Positions 18,598-18,752 of a DNA stretch of 18,752 nt are shown here, piece by piece. A program made the position numbers and the translations under genes. Source of the stretch: Octopus sinensis (lineage: Eukaryota); the NCBI RefSeq assembly GCF_006345805.1, contig NW_021824436.1, positions 1 through 18,752 on the forward strand, read 5' to 3'. The notes beneath the pieces were generated by a model. The model was not told where the DNA came from, searched no databases, and saw only the letters and a list, made by a program, of their open reading frames with translations. Position 1 is the first letter of the stretch. Each line of letters begins with the position of its first letter.

Positions 18598-18752
18598 TTA
18601 GGCTACTTGAGTTATGGATTTTCAAAATGGCTGCCTTCAGTTTTGCTTTAATAGAGTGAATGGGCTTGTATACTTTAGTCGATTTAGTAGATTTTGCTTT
18701 GTCATTCATCATAAAGAGGATCATTTAATGTACGTTACGTGCTTGCCTATAT

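Overview
Eukaryotic, AT-rich, non-coding DNA (intronic or intergenic), almost certainly from an octopus. The organism call rests on recognising the abundant tRNA-derived SINE families and the very high microsatellite density, not on a database search. No protein-coding gene can be called with confidence. Nearly all ORFs in the track are translations of (CA)n, (TA)n, (GAT)n or (TATC)n repeats or of SINEs. The window holds about 17 SINE copies or fragments from at least four families (my labels F1-F4), two decayed mariner elements with recognisable transposase remnants, a probable RTE-LINE 5' fragment and many simple repeats. The best unexplained signals are: a perfect palindromic estrogen-response element in unique DNA (11113-11129); a near-perfect 42-bp foldback hairpin (5864-5952); a thrice-repeated diverged ~200-bp unit with splice-acceptor and PBX/MEIS-like motifs (1461-2202); a covarying stem-loop shared between two SINE families; and a few weak candidate exons. 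I found no evidence for a new multi-gene system.
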